DNA of 64,000 nt from Eledone cirrhosa (Eukaryota): assembly GCA_964016885.1 (NCBI GenBank), contig OZ024740.1, forward strand, positions 314,092,001 to 314,156,000. The letters run 5' to 3'. Shown one piece after another: positions 1 to 14,229 of the stretch (the first letter of the stretch is position 1; each line of letters opens with the position of its first letter). The translations under genes and the position numbers were made by a program. Below the pieces are notes generated by a model. It did not search any database. It worked only from the letters and a program-made list of their open reading frames with translations, and had not been told where the DNA came from.

Positions 1-3
1 ATG

Positions 4-66
<63 letters not shown>

Positions 67-74
67 GATATATG

Positions 75-109
<35 letters not shown>

Positions 110-256
110 TATGTATATATATATGTATGTATATATATATATATGTATTATATATATATATGTATAGTATTATATATATGTATATATATATGTATTATAT
201 GTATATATATATGTATATATATATGTATTATATATAATATATATGTAATATATATG

Positions 257-305
<49 letters not shown>

Positions 306-308
306 GTG

Positions 309-356
<48 letters not shown>

Positions 357-372
357 GTGTATATATTATATG

Positions 373-421
<49 letters not shown>

Positions 422-511
422 GTATATTATATATATGTATATATATACATATTTATATATATGTATATATATATATGTATATATATAATTATGTATATAT
501 ATGTATATATG

Positions 512-543
<32 letters not shown>

Positions 544-624
544 TGATATATATATATAGTATATATATATATATATATATACATATTATATATATGTATA
601 TATATATGTATATATATATATATG

Positions 625-656
<32 letters not shown>

Positions 657-659
657 TAC

Positions 660-706
<47 letters not shown>

Positions 707-707
707 G

Positions 708-789
<82 letters not shown>

Positions 790-797
790 GTATATAT

Positions 798-842
<45 letters not shown>

Positions 843-867
843 TATATATATATATTATGTGTATATA

Positions 868-910
<43 letters not shown>

Positions 911-975
911 TATATATATATAGGTATATATATATATATGTATATATATATGTGTATATAGTATATATATATATG

Positions 976-1006
<31 letters not shown>

Positions 1007-1109
1007 GTATATATGTATATATATACATATATTATATATGTATATTATGTATATATATACATATATATATATATATGTATATATGTATATATATATACAT
1101 ATATATATG

Positions 1110-1143
<34 letters not shown>

Positions 1144-1166
1144 TGTATATAATATATATATGTATT

Positions 1167-1213
<47 letters not shown>

Positions 1214-1214
1214 G

Positions 1215-1285
<71 letters not shown>

Positions 1286-1299
1286 GTATATATATATAA

Positions 1300-1343
<44 letters not shown>

Positions 1344-1344
1344 G

Positions 1345-1375
<31 letters not shown>

Positions 1376-1376
1376 G

Positions 1377-1407
<31 letters not shown>

Positions 1408-1416
1408 GTATATATG

Positions 1417-1447
<31 letters not shown>

Positions 1448-1556
1448 GTATATATGTATATATATATAATATATGTATATAGTATATATATATTATATAT
1501 ATGTTATATATATATGTTATATATATATTATGTATATATATGTTATATATTATATG

Positions 1557-1607
<51 letters not shown>

Positions 1608-1873
1608 GTATATATATATATATGTATATATATATATGTATATATATATATATGTATATATATGTATATATATATGTATATATATATGTATATATAAATA
1701 TATATATATGTATATATATATGTTTATATATATATGTATATATATATATATGTATATATATATGTATATATATATATGTATATATATATATATGTATATA
1801 TATATATGTATATATATATATATGTATATATATGTATATATATATTTATATATGTATTATATATGTATATATG

Positions 1874-1908
<35 letters not shown>

Positions 1909-1936
1909 GTATATATATGTATATAATATATATATG

Positions 1937-1998
<62 letters not shown>

Positions 1999-2184
1999 AT
2001 ATATATGTATATATATGTGTATATATATATATGTATATATATGTATATTATAATATATATATATATGTATATATAGTGTATATATATATATATATATGTA
2101 TTATATATATATGTATATACATATGTATATATATGTATATATATTATGTATATATATATGTATATATATATGTATATATATATG

Positions 2185-2233
<49 letters not shown>

Positions 2234-2437
2234 GTATATATATATGTATATATATATATGTATATATATGTATATTATATAGTTATATATATATGTATAT
2301 ATATGTATATATATATGTATATATATATGTATATATATATGTATATATTATGTATATTATATATATGTATTTATATATATATATGTATATATATAATATA
2401 TATATGTATATATATAGTATATGTATATATATATATG

Positions 2438-2488
<51 letters not shown>

Positions 2489-2503
2489 GTATATATATAT
2501 ATG

Positions 2504-2547
<44 letters not shown>

Positions 2548-2618
2548 GTATATATATATGTAATATATATATATATATATATATTATATGTATTGTATAT
2601 GTATATATATATAATATA

Positions 2619-2649
<31 letters not shown>

Positions 2650-2660
2650 ATATATATATG

Positions 2661-2691
<31 letters not shown>

Positions 2692-2708
2692 GTATATATA
2701 TGCATATG

Positions 2709-2763
<55 letters not shown>

Positions 2764-2775
2764 TTGTATATATAT

Positions 2776-2838
<63 letters not shown>

Positions 2839-3163
2839 GTATATATATATATTATATATAGTATATATATATATGTATATATATGTATATATATATGTAT
2901 ATATATATGTATATATATATGTATATATATATATATGTATATAATATATATAATATGTATATATATATGTATATATATATATTTATATATGTATATATGT
3001 ATATATATGTATTATTATATATATATGTATATATATGTGTATATATATATATGTATATATATGTGTATATATATATATGTATATATATGTGTATATATAT
3101 ATATGATATATAGTGTATATATATATGTATATATAGTGTATATATAATATATGTATATATATG

Positions 3164-3203
<40 letters not shown>

Positions 3204-3610
3204 TATATTAATACATGTATATATTATATATAAGTATATACATGTATTAATATATATATATGTATATACATGTTTATATATATATATATGTATATACATG
3301 TATATATATATATGTATATATGTATATATATATATTATATATGTATATATATAATATATATGTATATATATATATATATGTATTATATATATTATATGTA
3401 ATATATAGTATATATATATATATAAGTATTATATATATATATATGTATATATTATATATATATGTGTATAATATATATATATATGATTATATATATATAT
3501 AATATATATATATATGTATATATATGTATATATATAGTATATATTGTATATGTATATATATTATAGTATATTATTATATTATAGTATATATATAATATAT
3601 GTATATATAT
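1..3610. repeat. Irregular (TA)n microsatellite with interspersed TG/GTA interruptions
   Basis: About 3.6 kb of almost pure TA dinucleotide with G interruptions. It produces the spurious YI-rich ORFs. Confidence 0.97.
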
Positions 3611-5299
3611 AACACCTTATCGGACATAACGTTTGGCGCCCTTGATGTCTTAGCGGCAATAAAGGAAATCAAGCATAATTCAGCAATAGGTCCCGATAGG
3701 TTCCCTGCTTGTGTCTTGAAGGCGTGTCAACACGAACTTGCATCTCCTCTTGCCAATCTGTGCGGAACTCACTGGATGCTGGATATGTGCCAGAAAACCT
3801 TCTATCCCAGTCTGTTGTCCAGTTTTCAAAAAAGGAAACTAATCCCTTGCCGTGAATTACCGTCCAATCTCACCCACCTCTCATCATTAAGGTATTTGAG
3901 AGAGTGGTGAGATCGCGAATGACTCACTTCCTTGAGAGTAACAATATGCTGAACTCCAACCAGCATGGATTCCGTAATGAAAGGGATTGCCTGACCAAGC
4001 TACTGCATCACTTTGATGACATTTTGAGAGCCTTGGGAGAGGGTTCCAACACTGATGTTATCTACCTTGATTTCAGCAAGCCCTTTGACAGGGTTGATCA
4101 CAACATTCTACTGAGAAAGCTGTCCAATATTGGTGTCACTGGAAAGCTGCTGCAGTGTATCAAGTGCTTCCTGTCAAACAGAACCCAACATGCTGTAGTC
4201 GAAAGAGTCAAATCCAGCCCAGCCAAAGTCAGTAGTGGCGTCCCACAAGGCACTGTGTTGGGCCCACTTCTCTTCATCATCTATATTAATGACATCACTG
4301 ACATCATCAAACACAGCAACATTAGAATTTTCGCTGATGATTCCAAGCTCCAAAAGGTCATCAATGGCGTGGATGACCGGATAAGCCTTCAGTCAGACCT
4401 ACTGGCTATTACCTAATGGGCGGAAAAGAACAACATGTTACTGAACGAAGACAAATTCGAACTGATCCACTTTGGAAAAGAGGATGCTCTGAAACTCCCG
4501 TACTCCTTTCCCTCCGGTGAAACTCTCGTGGCATCTCACAACATCAGAGACTTGGGAGTAACCGTGGACAGCAACATAAGCTGGGCCACGCATATAAGCA
4601 GCAACGTTGACATGGCCCGCAGAATGTGTTCCTGGATCCTCAGAACCTTCCAGTCGAGATGTTCCCACACCATTATCCTTCTCTTCTCCACTTTTGCCCG
4701 ACCACACCTTGAATACTGTTGTCCACTGTGGTCTTCCCACACGAAACAAAGTATCATGAAACTTGAAGCTCCCCAAAGGGCAATCACGAAAAAGTTAGAT
4801 GGCATGTCAGACCTTGACTACTGGGGTCGACTAGAAAAGCTGAAACTTTACTCACTCCAACGCCGTGAGCGTTATATTATCTGCATGATGTGGAAAATAT
4901 TTCATCAGCACTGCCCAAATGATGTTGGCATCATCTTCAAAATAAACCCAAGGCTTGGGCCCCGTGATATCCGTCCCAAACAAAAATCTAAATCGCAACT
5001 CATAACAACAATACGGCACAATTATTTCACCTCAATTGGCCCTGCTCTCTTCAACATCACACCAGGACACGTCAAAACAGAAACTGACCACACACAATTC
5101 AAGAAGTCTTTGGACAAATTCCTCCAAGTAATCCTGGACAAACCACCCACACCCGGATATGTCTCCGCAAACTGTAATTCTCTTCTCGACTGGGCCATGG
5201 TGCCCAAATCCTGAATTGAAAGACTTCGCCAGGTGGTGCTATTAAGTTAGACATGGCCTGGGCCAATACTAGCTAAAACATTTCAAAGTTATTCAAAGT

Positions 5300-5300
<1 letters not shown>
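3611..5300 (+). mobile_element. 5'-truncated CR1-group non-LTR retrotransposon (RT domain plus 3' end), decayed
   Basis: Translations give YLDFSKPFDRVDH, SGVPQGTVLGPLLFIIYINDI, FADDSKL, RPHLEYCCPLWS and LYSLQRR. There are frameshifts at about 3770-3890 and an in-frame TAA at 4414-4416. A short 3' UTR ends in TTCAAAGTT repeats. TA tracts flank both sides. Confidence 0.9.
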
Positions 5301-5547
<247 letters not shown>

Positions 5548-5583
5548 AATATACACGGGTGTGTATGAGTGTGTATAGAAGAT

Positions 5584-5974
5584 TATATTAATAAAAGGAA
5601 TTCCAACTTTGTCTGATTTACTCGTTTTATTTACAATCCTTTAAAATTTATAATGGTATTAGAATGAAATAGTATGGTGGAATATTAAATGTTAAGTGTT
5701 AATTGAACAAGTACTTTCATGCTTTCGCAATCTTCAGGTTCATAATGTGTGGTGACAGTCTAGTTTGCAATTTTCTACAGTTGAAAATTGCAAACTTGAC
5801 TGTCACCACACATTATGAACCTGAAGATTGCGAAAGCATGAAAGTACTTGTTCAATTAACACTTAACATTTAATATTCCACCATACTATTTCATTCTAAT
5901 ACCATTATAAATTTTAAAGGATTGTAAACAAAACGAGTAAATCAGACAAAGTTGGAATTCCTTTTATTAATATA
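5584..5974. repeat. Near-perfect fold-back palindrome (about 192-bp arms, 7-nt loop)
   Basis: The arms are reverse complements centred at 5779 (TTTTC-TACAGTT-GAAAA). Only two mismatches were seen. Confidence 0.95.
5816..5854 (+). ncRNA. Minimal type I hammerhead ribozyme motif (mirrored on - strand at 5704-5742)
   Basis: UGAAC-CUGAAGA-U UGC GAAA GCA U-GAAA-GUAC-UU-GUUCA. Stem I is UGAAC/GUUCA, stem II has a GAAA tetraloop, stem III is short and palindromic, and the predicted cleavage triplet is CUU. Confidence 0.72.
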
Positions 5975-6118
5975 TATATATGTGTGTGTATATATATATG
6001 TATATATATATATGTATATATGTATATATATATATAGATATGTATATATATATATATATGTGTGTATATATATATATGTATATATATATATATGTATATA
6101 TGTATATATATAGATATG

Positions 6119-6153
<35 letters not shown>

Positions 6154-6208
6154 GTATATATATATGTGTATATATGTATATATATATATGTATATATGTA
6201 TATATATG

Positions 6209-6245
<37 letters not shown>

Positions 6246-6292
6246 GTATTTATATATATATGTATTTATATATATATATATATATGTATATA
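5975..6292. repeat. Irregular (TA)n microsatellite
   Basis: Direct reading. Confidence 0.95.
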
Positions 6293-6452
6293 TAGAAAAA
6301 AAGATGAAATCGAAAATGCAACTGGAGTCTTATTTTTTTTTAAATATATATATTTATTTGGTTCCTTTACCGGTTTCGCAGTTCTTCTGCTTTTCAAAAG
6401 TAGAGTTGAGATGGAGGGTCTGTGGTTTTTCTCACATCAGATGTGAGAAAAA
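6292..6452 (-). mobile_element. Copy of hammerhead-bearing PLE-type terminal repeat (same family as 18707-19377)
   Basis: Nearly identical to 18707-18860. It contains the U3-A8 hammerhead at 6364-6400 (-) and ends in a small fold-back, TTTTTCTCACATC-A-GATGTGAGAAAAA. Confidence 0.75.
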
Positions 6453-6934
6453 TAATGCTCAGGAGGGATTTCATTCTATTTTACAAAGTTCTTTATACAA
6501 AAACAAAACACACTGTTAAAGGGAACACAAAAAAAGAAAGAAAGAAAAATGAAACTAAAAGACGAAAAAGAAAAAGATTCAAGCAAAGAAAGAAAGGGAG
6601 AGGAGTGGGATGGACACTATACCCAAGTCTGAGGGGTGTCTCAGCTGCATCCCGAGAACAAAAGGGTAAAGGTGTTACCAGAATATTTCGAGAAACTAAA
6701 AGAACAGAAAGCAAAATCGATGGAGGAGTATTTCAAAGATTTTTGATTAATTACAAATGAGGAAGTTCTGAGATTTACAAAACCATTAAGAAATGTTAGA
6801 AAAAATACTTTTAACATACTAATGTGATTCACAATCGATCATTTGGTGAAAAATGTTGCTGTTCTTTGATCTAACAAACTAAATGTATATTAACTGAGTA
6901 TATCCTGAATATATCGTTAGAACGTCGAGCACCA

Positions 6935-7105
6935 TGCATTCTGGTATAGAGTTACGTCCCCTTACGTTCTGAGTTCAAATTAACTTTGCTTTTCATCTTT
7001 ACAGGGTCGATAAAATAAAGTACCGTTAACACACTGGCATCAATTTAATCGACTTTCCCCTTCTCCAAAATTATTGGCCTTGTGCCTAAATCAGAAATCA
7101 TTATT
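6935..7105 (+). mobile_element. tRNA-derived SINE (main family), degenerate
   Basis: B-box-like GAGTTCAAAT, core CTTTTCATCTTTACAGGGTCGATAAAATAAAGTACC and tail GGCCTTGTGCCTAAATCAGAAA. Confidence 0.8.
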
Positions 7106-7563
7106 TTCAAAAGTCAGAATAATCTGATTTGGCTACAACTTCTAGTAGTCCAAGTATCTGCTTCTAGGCTCTATTGTTGACTTGGAATGAAATATGTTTG
7201 TTGATAAGGTGACACAGAGATATTCTGCTGAACGTGTAGTTAATAAAACTAACATATCCAAGTATTTAATACGTAACATTATCCTTTAATATACAATTTA
7301 AGTACAATTTGTATTTTCAACTTTATTTCTTAAACAATCCTTATTCCATCCATTATATTTTTCCCCGACCTTGCAGAAGGCATCCTTCTATTTCTATCTC
7401 CCCTTTCTCTCTACTGAAGTAACTTAAGTCTATTTATTTGGAGTCTTCTTTCACTTCTGCAAATAGGTATTTTGTTTTTGTTGCTGTTCTGTTGATATAG
7501 TATACCGACAACTAGGCATTAATATTTATGTTGGCAGTCAATAATATAAACATATGCATATAG

Positions 7564-7666
<103 letters not shown>

Positions 7667-8028
7667 TCATCGTACATTTATCAAACACTTTAAAACAGGC
7701 ACACACGCACGGATATACATACATATAGCTAATACAACCTATGTTATTTGCTTCTATAGCACATGTGCTGTTTATATGGCGATGTGTTGCTAACCTCTCT
7801 CCTGAAATAAAACAATAGTATCTACACACACATAAAATGTTGAATTCAACCCAACAAAGCGATGAAACACGCTTCAATTTTACAACGCTGCCACAATAAT
7901 GTCTATTTACACTTAAACAGCATGTTGGCCAGTGTTACAGACACACCGCACCACGGGTGACAGAATATTAATTACTTCTCAGATTCCTCTGGTACTCTAC
8001 CCACACGGCTATTTGTTGCTATCGTAGG

Positions 8029-8068
<40 letters not shown>

Positions 8069-8765
8069 AGCTCATAGAGTTTAATGTGTTTCCACCATTG
8101 CCTATCGGAGAACATTTTTAGGTAGATCTACTGGTTTAGCGAGATATAAATATTTGGGCCATAAACACAGAACTGTGCTGGGAATTAGGATACGAAACTA
8201 TAAACAGACTATAACTTTATCAGGTCGACCACACGTATCACTTAGTACATTACTAAAGGATATTGTGACAAATTATATTGAAGACAACAAATAAATCGTC
8301 AACCATTTTGTCTGCACCACATTCATCATTCTCAATCTCTATTCTACTACGTGCATAAAAGAAGATATTTGTGACATAATATAAGCTTATATTACTACGA
8401 ATTGACACCATGTTTATAGACATTCTAATAATAGTAGAATTTACACTTGGATAAATAATGGATTTTACTGGTATATATAAGCATGTAAATACAACTGCAT
8501 ATATATATATATAGATACTAATATATGAGGTTATATTGTGTTAGTTCACTATTTTCATTGGTAAGATAAGTTAAGCTCAATACGTGAATAGTTATAGTAG
8601 CAGAGCATTTATGATTCAAAATTCAGTAAGGCCAATGTGGAGTTGATTAATTGAAAATTTCTCGGTTTTCTCCACTATTGCTGTATAACTTCTGGCTATA
8701 TTGAAGCGTTCCTAGAAGTGGAGATAAACAACAATAATGTTAATCCTTATTCTTACTGAATTTTG

Positions 8766-8911
<146 letters not shown>

Positions 8912-9025
8912 AGTGTGTGTGTTGAGAAGTGACACACAAGTTGGTATATATTAAGAAAATAAGAAACAGTAGAAAATGCTAAAAGAATTTTATCATGGAA
9001 AAACAGAAAAACATTTTTTAAAGGA

Positions 9026-9070
9026 TAGAACCGGTTTCAGTCGATAAAAATGTCGACTTCCTCATACTAG
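9026..9070 (-). ncRNA. Degenerate hammerhead motif
   Basis: The minus strand reads CUAG-UAUGAGGA-AGUCGA..UCGACU-GAAAC-CG-GUU-CUAU. Stems II and III are intact, but core position C3 is altered. Confidence 0.5.
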
Positions 9071-9164
9071 AAAATCTAAACTATAATAAAGGAAGGCCTG
9101 CGGGACTGCGTACGTTTTATTTTTTTTTATCCCGTTAGTAAAATAAGTTGGATTACTTTGAATA

Positions 9165-9535
9165 AATAATTGTTTCTACTTTTGGCACAAGGCCAGCAAT
9201 TACCTAGTACATTACTGGTACTTTATTTTATTGACCCCGTAAGGATGAAAGGCAAAGTTAACCTCGGCGGGATTTGAACTCAGATCGTAAAGGGACGTAA
9301 CTATTTGCGTCAAAGCATGGCGTCCGACCCTCTACCGATACTGCCAATCCACCGAATAAATAATTGTTTCTACTTTAGGCACAAGGCCAGCAATTATCCA
9401 GTGCATTACTGGTACTTTATTTTATCGACCCCGTAAGGATGAAAGGCAAAGTCAACCACGGCGGGATTTGAACTCAGATCGTAAAGGGATGTAACTATGC
9501 TGGAAAGCATGGCGTCCGACCCTCTAAACCACCGA
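9165..9535 (-). mobile_element. Two tandem tRNA-derived SINE copies
   Basis: Reverse complement of the GGTGGATTGGCAGTATCGGTAGAG...GAGTTCAAATCCCGCCGAGGTTAACTTTGCCTTTCATCCTTACGGGGTCGATAAAATAAAGTACC...AGTAGAAACAATTATT consensus, present twice. Confidence 0.88.
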
Positions 9536-10273
9536 ATAAATAATGAATGACTATTACATAATTTATCTACTAAATTTCGTAAACAAAAATAATTTCGTAA
9601 AACTAAATAATTTAAAATTGACTTCTTTTCAAAGTTGCACTTCCGGTATATCGTTGCCACCACCACCACTTCAACTACCATATATATAGAAAGAGAAAGT
9701 GTGTGATGTCAACACTTCCGGTGGCGATCACTTAAATAAACATACTAATTTTCTGTCACTAATTTTCTCCCAATGCAGTTTATATATAATATCGTCTTTT
9801 CTTAATGTATCATGGATTACGTTACTGATTACATAAGACAGTGTAATATAGTCTTCGTTCAATTTCTGTTTATATTGTCAATTACGATTTTATTTGATCA
9901 TATCTACATACATATATACTTGCGTATAATATCAATATACACACTACACATGCTAGTATATGTAACAAAGTTAAGGTGGATATATATATATATATATATA
10001 TTTCTCTTCGCCCATTTATTCCTGTGAGGATCGTTGGGGTAGAGTCCTGAAGCACATCTCCAATTGATCAGTCTGGATCCCCAAGTGTAACCAGCCAAGC
10101 TCATGGATGTTTTCTAACGTTAGGTTTTGCCCGCAAAATCTATTCAGCGATTCTTTTCTGAAACATTCTAAACATATGTCCGTAGTATCGGAGCTTCTAA
10201 AACTCTCAATTCTATATACACATGCAAATATACACACATACATACACACATACATACATACATACATACATAC

Positions 10274-10882
10274 ATGGTGGCTGCCAACTCGTTTTCGAGT
10301 ACGGCCACTACTTTATATCCATGTAAGAGAACCCCTACCGATGCGCTGAACGAGTGTGACTTTTCAGTCCAGCCAGCGACTTGAAAACTCTAGTACAAAC
10401 ACTACACCTGTGACAATGATTGACACACAGTGCTGGGCCCATGGTACCATGTGACGACAAGTGCAGAGAGATCTCCAGATATAAAGCAATGCCTGTGTCG
10501 TGAAGCTTTTATAGTGAGCAAAGGCACTGCACAAAGCCAGTCCCACTCTCTTAACCAAGATGATATTTACCAAAAAGAAGAACAAGTCAGCATCATTGGA
10601 TACCATCAGGGTTGCAGGTGTTATATCAGAGTTTTCCTTCTCCTAGAATTCTGCCTTGACAAAGGCTAAGGGGTCATCTCTCCCAGTGATTTTGGATGGC
10701 CATTGACTCTTAAGAGCTCCTTTGCCCTTTGACAGGTTTTGTTTTTAGTCCTGCAGGATGTCCAAAGTCACCCTCCTCACCAAGAAACCTTGGTGGGGTT
10801 GCCAGTTTAGTCGCCAACGACCCGACCATGAGACAGGTTGTACTGGGATACATGTTACCAGTAGCACCAACTGGTGACCTGA
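10274..10882 (-). mobile_element. About 610-bp non-autonomous RTE-derived (bipartite) element flanked by (CATA)n
   Basis: Near-identical copies lie at 22722-23131 and 36165-36756. It carries the RTE-like 5' motif AGGAGAAGGAAAACTCTGA and an RTE-like 3' end (SLAGLKSH..H coding remnant, GCCGTACTCGAAAACGAGTTGGCAGCC) running into (TATG)n. Confidence 0.75.
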
Positions 10883-11178
10883 CATACATACATACATACA
10901 TACATACATACATACATACATACATACATACATACATACATACATACATACATACATACATACATACGTGTGTGTATGCGTGTGTGTCTGTGTGTTTGGC
11001 TCCGCATAGAAATACACATATGTATCGGCACATGAATAAATACATCAATTGTTAACAAAACCATCATTAAGAAAAATATTGAAGTAAATATTTATAAAAA
11101 TATGCACCAAATAAATCCACCCACGAATTCCCGTATATTTAAGTTAAAATATATGCATGTGTGCACATGTATAAATAT

Positions 11179-11736
<558 letters not shown>

Positions 11737-11862
11737 GTAGGGGGTGAGTTTTATTGTAATACAATAAAGCAATGCAGATATCGGATAAGAAGCACTCTAC
11801 AGTTTGTAGGACTGGAGTATATATAATATATAAGATCAAAATGTGGTTAAATGAGTTCCATG

Positions 11863-11933
11863 TATTTTATTATGCGCCTTTCAAAAACAAATATCATCAT
11901 GCAATAACATTTGTGTTTTCATCAGATAAAATA
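11863..11933 (-). ncRNA. Type I hammerhead motif (family related to 35494-35558)
   Basis: The minus strand reads UAUUUUAU-CUGAUGA-AAACACAAAUG...UAUUUGUUUUU-GAAA-GGCGC-AUA-AUAAAAUA. Stem I is a perfect 8 bp, the triplet is AUA, and stem III has one mismatch. Confidence 0.65.
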
Positions 11934-11999
11934 GGAGGACATGATATGAAGGTTAAAAAACACTTGTGGATATGTTGATTTAAAACTGCACTATCCACA

Positions 12000-12005
12000 A
12001 GTATG

Positions 12006-12045
<40 letters not shown>

Positions 12046-12065
12046 TATGTATATATATATGTATG

Positions 12066-12096
<31 letters not shown>

Positions 12097-12107
12097 GTAT
12101 GTATATA

Positions 12108-12200
<93 letters not shown>

Positions 12201-12596
12201 CTATATATGTATGTATGTATATATGTATGTATGTATATATATATGTATGTATATATATATGTATGTATATATATATGTATATATATATGTATGTTTATAT
12301 ATATATGTATATATATATGTATGTATATATATATATGTATATATATATGTATGTATATATATATGTATATATATATATATATGTATGTATGTATATATGT
12401 ATGTATGTATATATGTATGTATGTATATATGTATGTATATATATATGTATGTATATATATATGTATGTATATATATATATGTATGTATATATATATGTAT
12501 GTATATATATATGTATGTATATATATATGTATATATATATGTATGTATATATGTATATATATATATGTATATATATATGTATGTATATATGTATAT

Positions 12597-12638
<42 letters not shown>
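12000..12638. repeat. Irregular (TA)n/(TATG)n microsatellite
   Basis: G-interrupted TA tract. Confidence 0.95.
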
Positions 12639-12642
<4 letters not shown>

Positions 12643-12989
12643 GAAAAAATGTGAAGAATAACATGGTCAACAGTACAAAAAGAGGAATTTATTTACAGTC
12701 TAACAATTGTTTCTCTGCTTGAGTTGTCTAAAAATTGCTGAATACTAGAAGCTCAATCATGTCATCAGAAACTTTAATGACATGATTGAGTTAATATCGT
12801 ATTTAAATTTGAGTGGCACTCAAATTTAAATACGATATTAACTCAATCATGTCATTAAAGTTTCTGATGACATGATTGAGCTTCTAGTATTCAGCAATTT
12901 TTAGACAACTCAAGCAGAGAAACAATTGTTAGACTGTAAATAAATTCCACTTTTTGTACTGTTGACCATGTTATTCTTCACATTTTTTC

Positions 12990-12993
<4 letters not shown>
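12639..12993. repeat. Near-perfect fold-back palindrome (about 177-bp arms)
   Basis: Centre GAGTG-G-CACTC at 12816, with one mismatch seen. Each arm contains a nested inverted repeat, CTCAATCATGTCAT/ATGACATGATTGAG. Confidence 0.95.
12855..12939 (+). ncRNA. Type I hammerhead motif with long stem II (mirrored on - arm)
   Basis: UUAAAGUUU-CUGAUGA-(long imperfect stem UUGAG..CUCAA)-GAAAC-AAUU-GUU-AGACUGUAA. Stem I pairs at 8 of 9 positions, the stem III loop is the palindrome AAUU, and the triplet is GUU. Confidence 0.62.
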
Positions 12994-13030
<37 letters not shown>

Positions 13031-13163
13031 TATATACATATATACATACATATATATATACATATATATATACATACATATATATATACATACATATATA
13101 TATACATACATATATATATATATACATACATATATATATATACATACATACATATATACATAC

Positions 13164-13198
<35 letters not shown>

Positions 13199-13232
13199 CA
13201 TATATATATACATACATATATATATATACATA

Positions 13233-13272
<40 letters not shown>

Positions 13273-13295
13273 CATACATATATATATAAACATAC

Positions 13296-13392
<97 letters not shown>

Positions 13393-13482
13393 CATACATA
13401 TATATATACATACATATATATATATATACATACATATATATATGTATATACATATATATATATATATATACATACATATATG

Positions 13483-13522
<40 letters not shown>

Positions 13523-13642
13523 CATATATATATATGTATATACATATATATATATATGTATGTATGTATATATGTATATACATACGTATATACATATATG
13601 TATATACATATATATATATATATATACATACATATATATATG

Positions 13643-13698
<56 letters not shown>

Positions 13699-13866
13699 CA
13701 TACATATATATATACATATATATATACATACATATATATATGTATATACATACATACATATATATATGTATATACATATATATATATATATATATATACA
13801 TACATATATATATGTATATACATACATATATATATACATACATATATATATGTATATATATATATA
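12994..13866. repeat. Irregular (TA)n/(CATA)n microsatellite
   Basis: C-interrupted TA tract that mirrors 12000-12638 in composition. Confidence 0.95.
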
Positions 13867-13884
13867 ATTCTGGCAATATTACGC

Positions 13885-13965
13885 AAATATGACCCTCCCC
13901 AAATATAACAATATCTGTTTCGACACACGATTTCATATAAAAAACCTCGCAAAACTAATTCATCG
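13885..13965 (+). repeat. Dispersed repeat also at 51040-51125 (-), probable PLE terminal-repeat fragment
   Basis: ATGACCCTCCCCAAATATAACAATATCTGTTTCGACACACG matches the reverse complement of 51083-51123. Confidence 0.65.
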
Positions 13966-13969
13966 CCGC

Positions 13970-14115
<146 letters not shown>

Positions 14116-14116
14116 T

Positions 14117-14229
14117 ATATAGATGAGATTCTACAGGACTAGAACTGTTTCATTCATTAGAAATCATCAGGAATCCTGATGATTTCTAATGAATGAAACA
14201 GTTCTAGTCCTGTAGAATCTCATCTATAT
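14117..14229. repeat. Perfect palindrome (56-bp arms) consisting almost entirely of two back-to-back hammerheads
   Basis: Centre CAGGA-A-TCCTG at 14173. The arms are fully complementary. Confidence 0.95.
14126..14176 (-). ncRNA. Type I hammerhead ribozyme motif (mirror on + at 14170-14220)
   Basis: GGAUUC-CUGAUGA-U UUC UAAU GAA U-GAAACAG-UUCUAGUC-CUGU-A-GAAUCU. Stem I is 6 bp, stem III is ACAG/CUGU (4 bp), and the triplet is GUA. Confidence 0.75.

Noticed and set aside
1-3502. Many long Y/I/M/C/V-rich ORFs (also at 11-14.9 kb and 44.6-47.3 kb, up to 839 aa)
   Set aside because: These are translations of (TA)n microsatellites, which rarely contain stop codons. They have no coding signal.
6460-6830. 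Possible LINE 3' fragment on the minus strand
   Set aside because: It looks repeat-derived, but no diagnostic motif could be read, so it is left unassigned.
10364-11055. Recurring 73-112 aa ORFs in the repeated 610-bp element
   Set aside because: They recur only because the DNA copies are near-identical, and they have no recognisable domain apart from an RTE C-terminal remnant.
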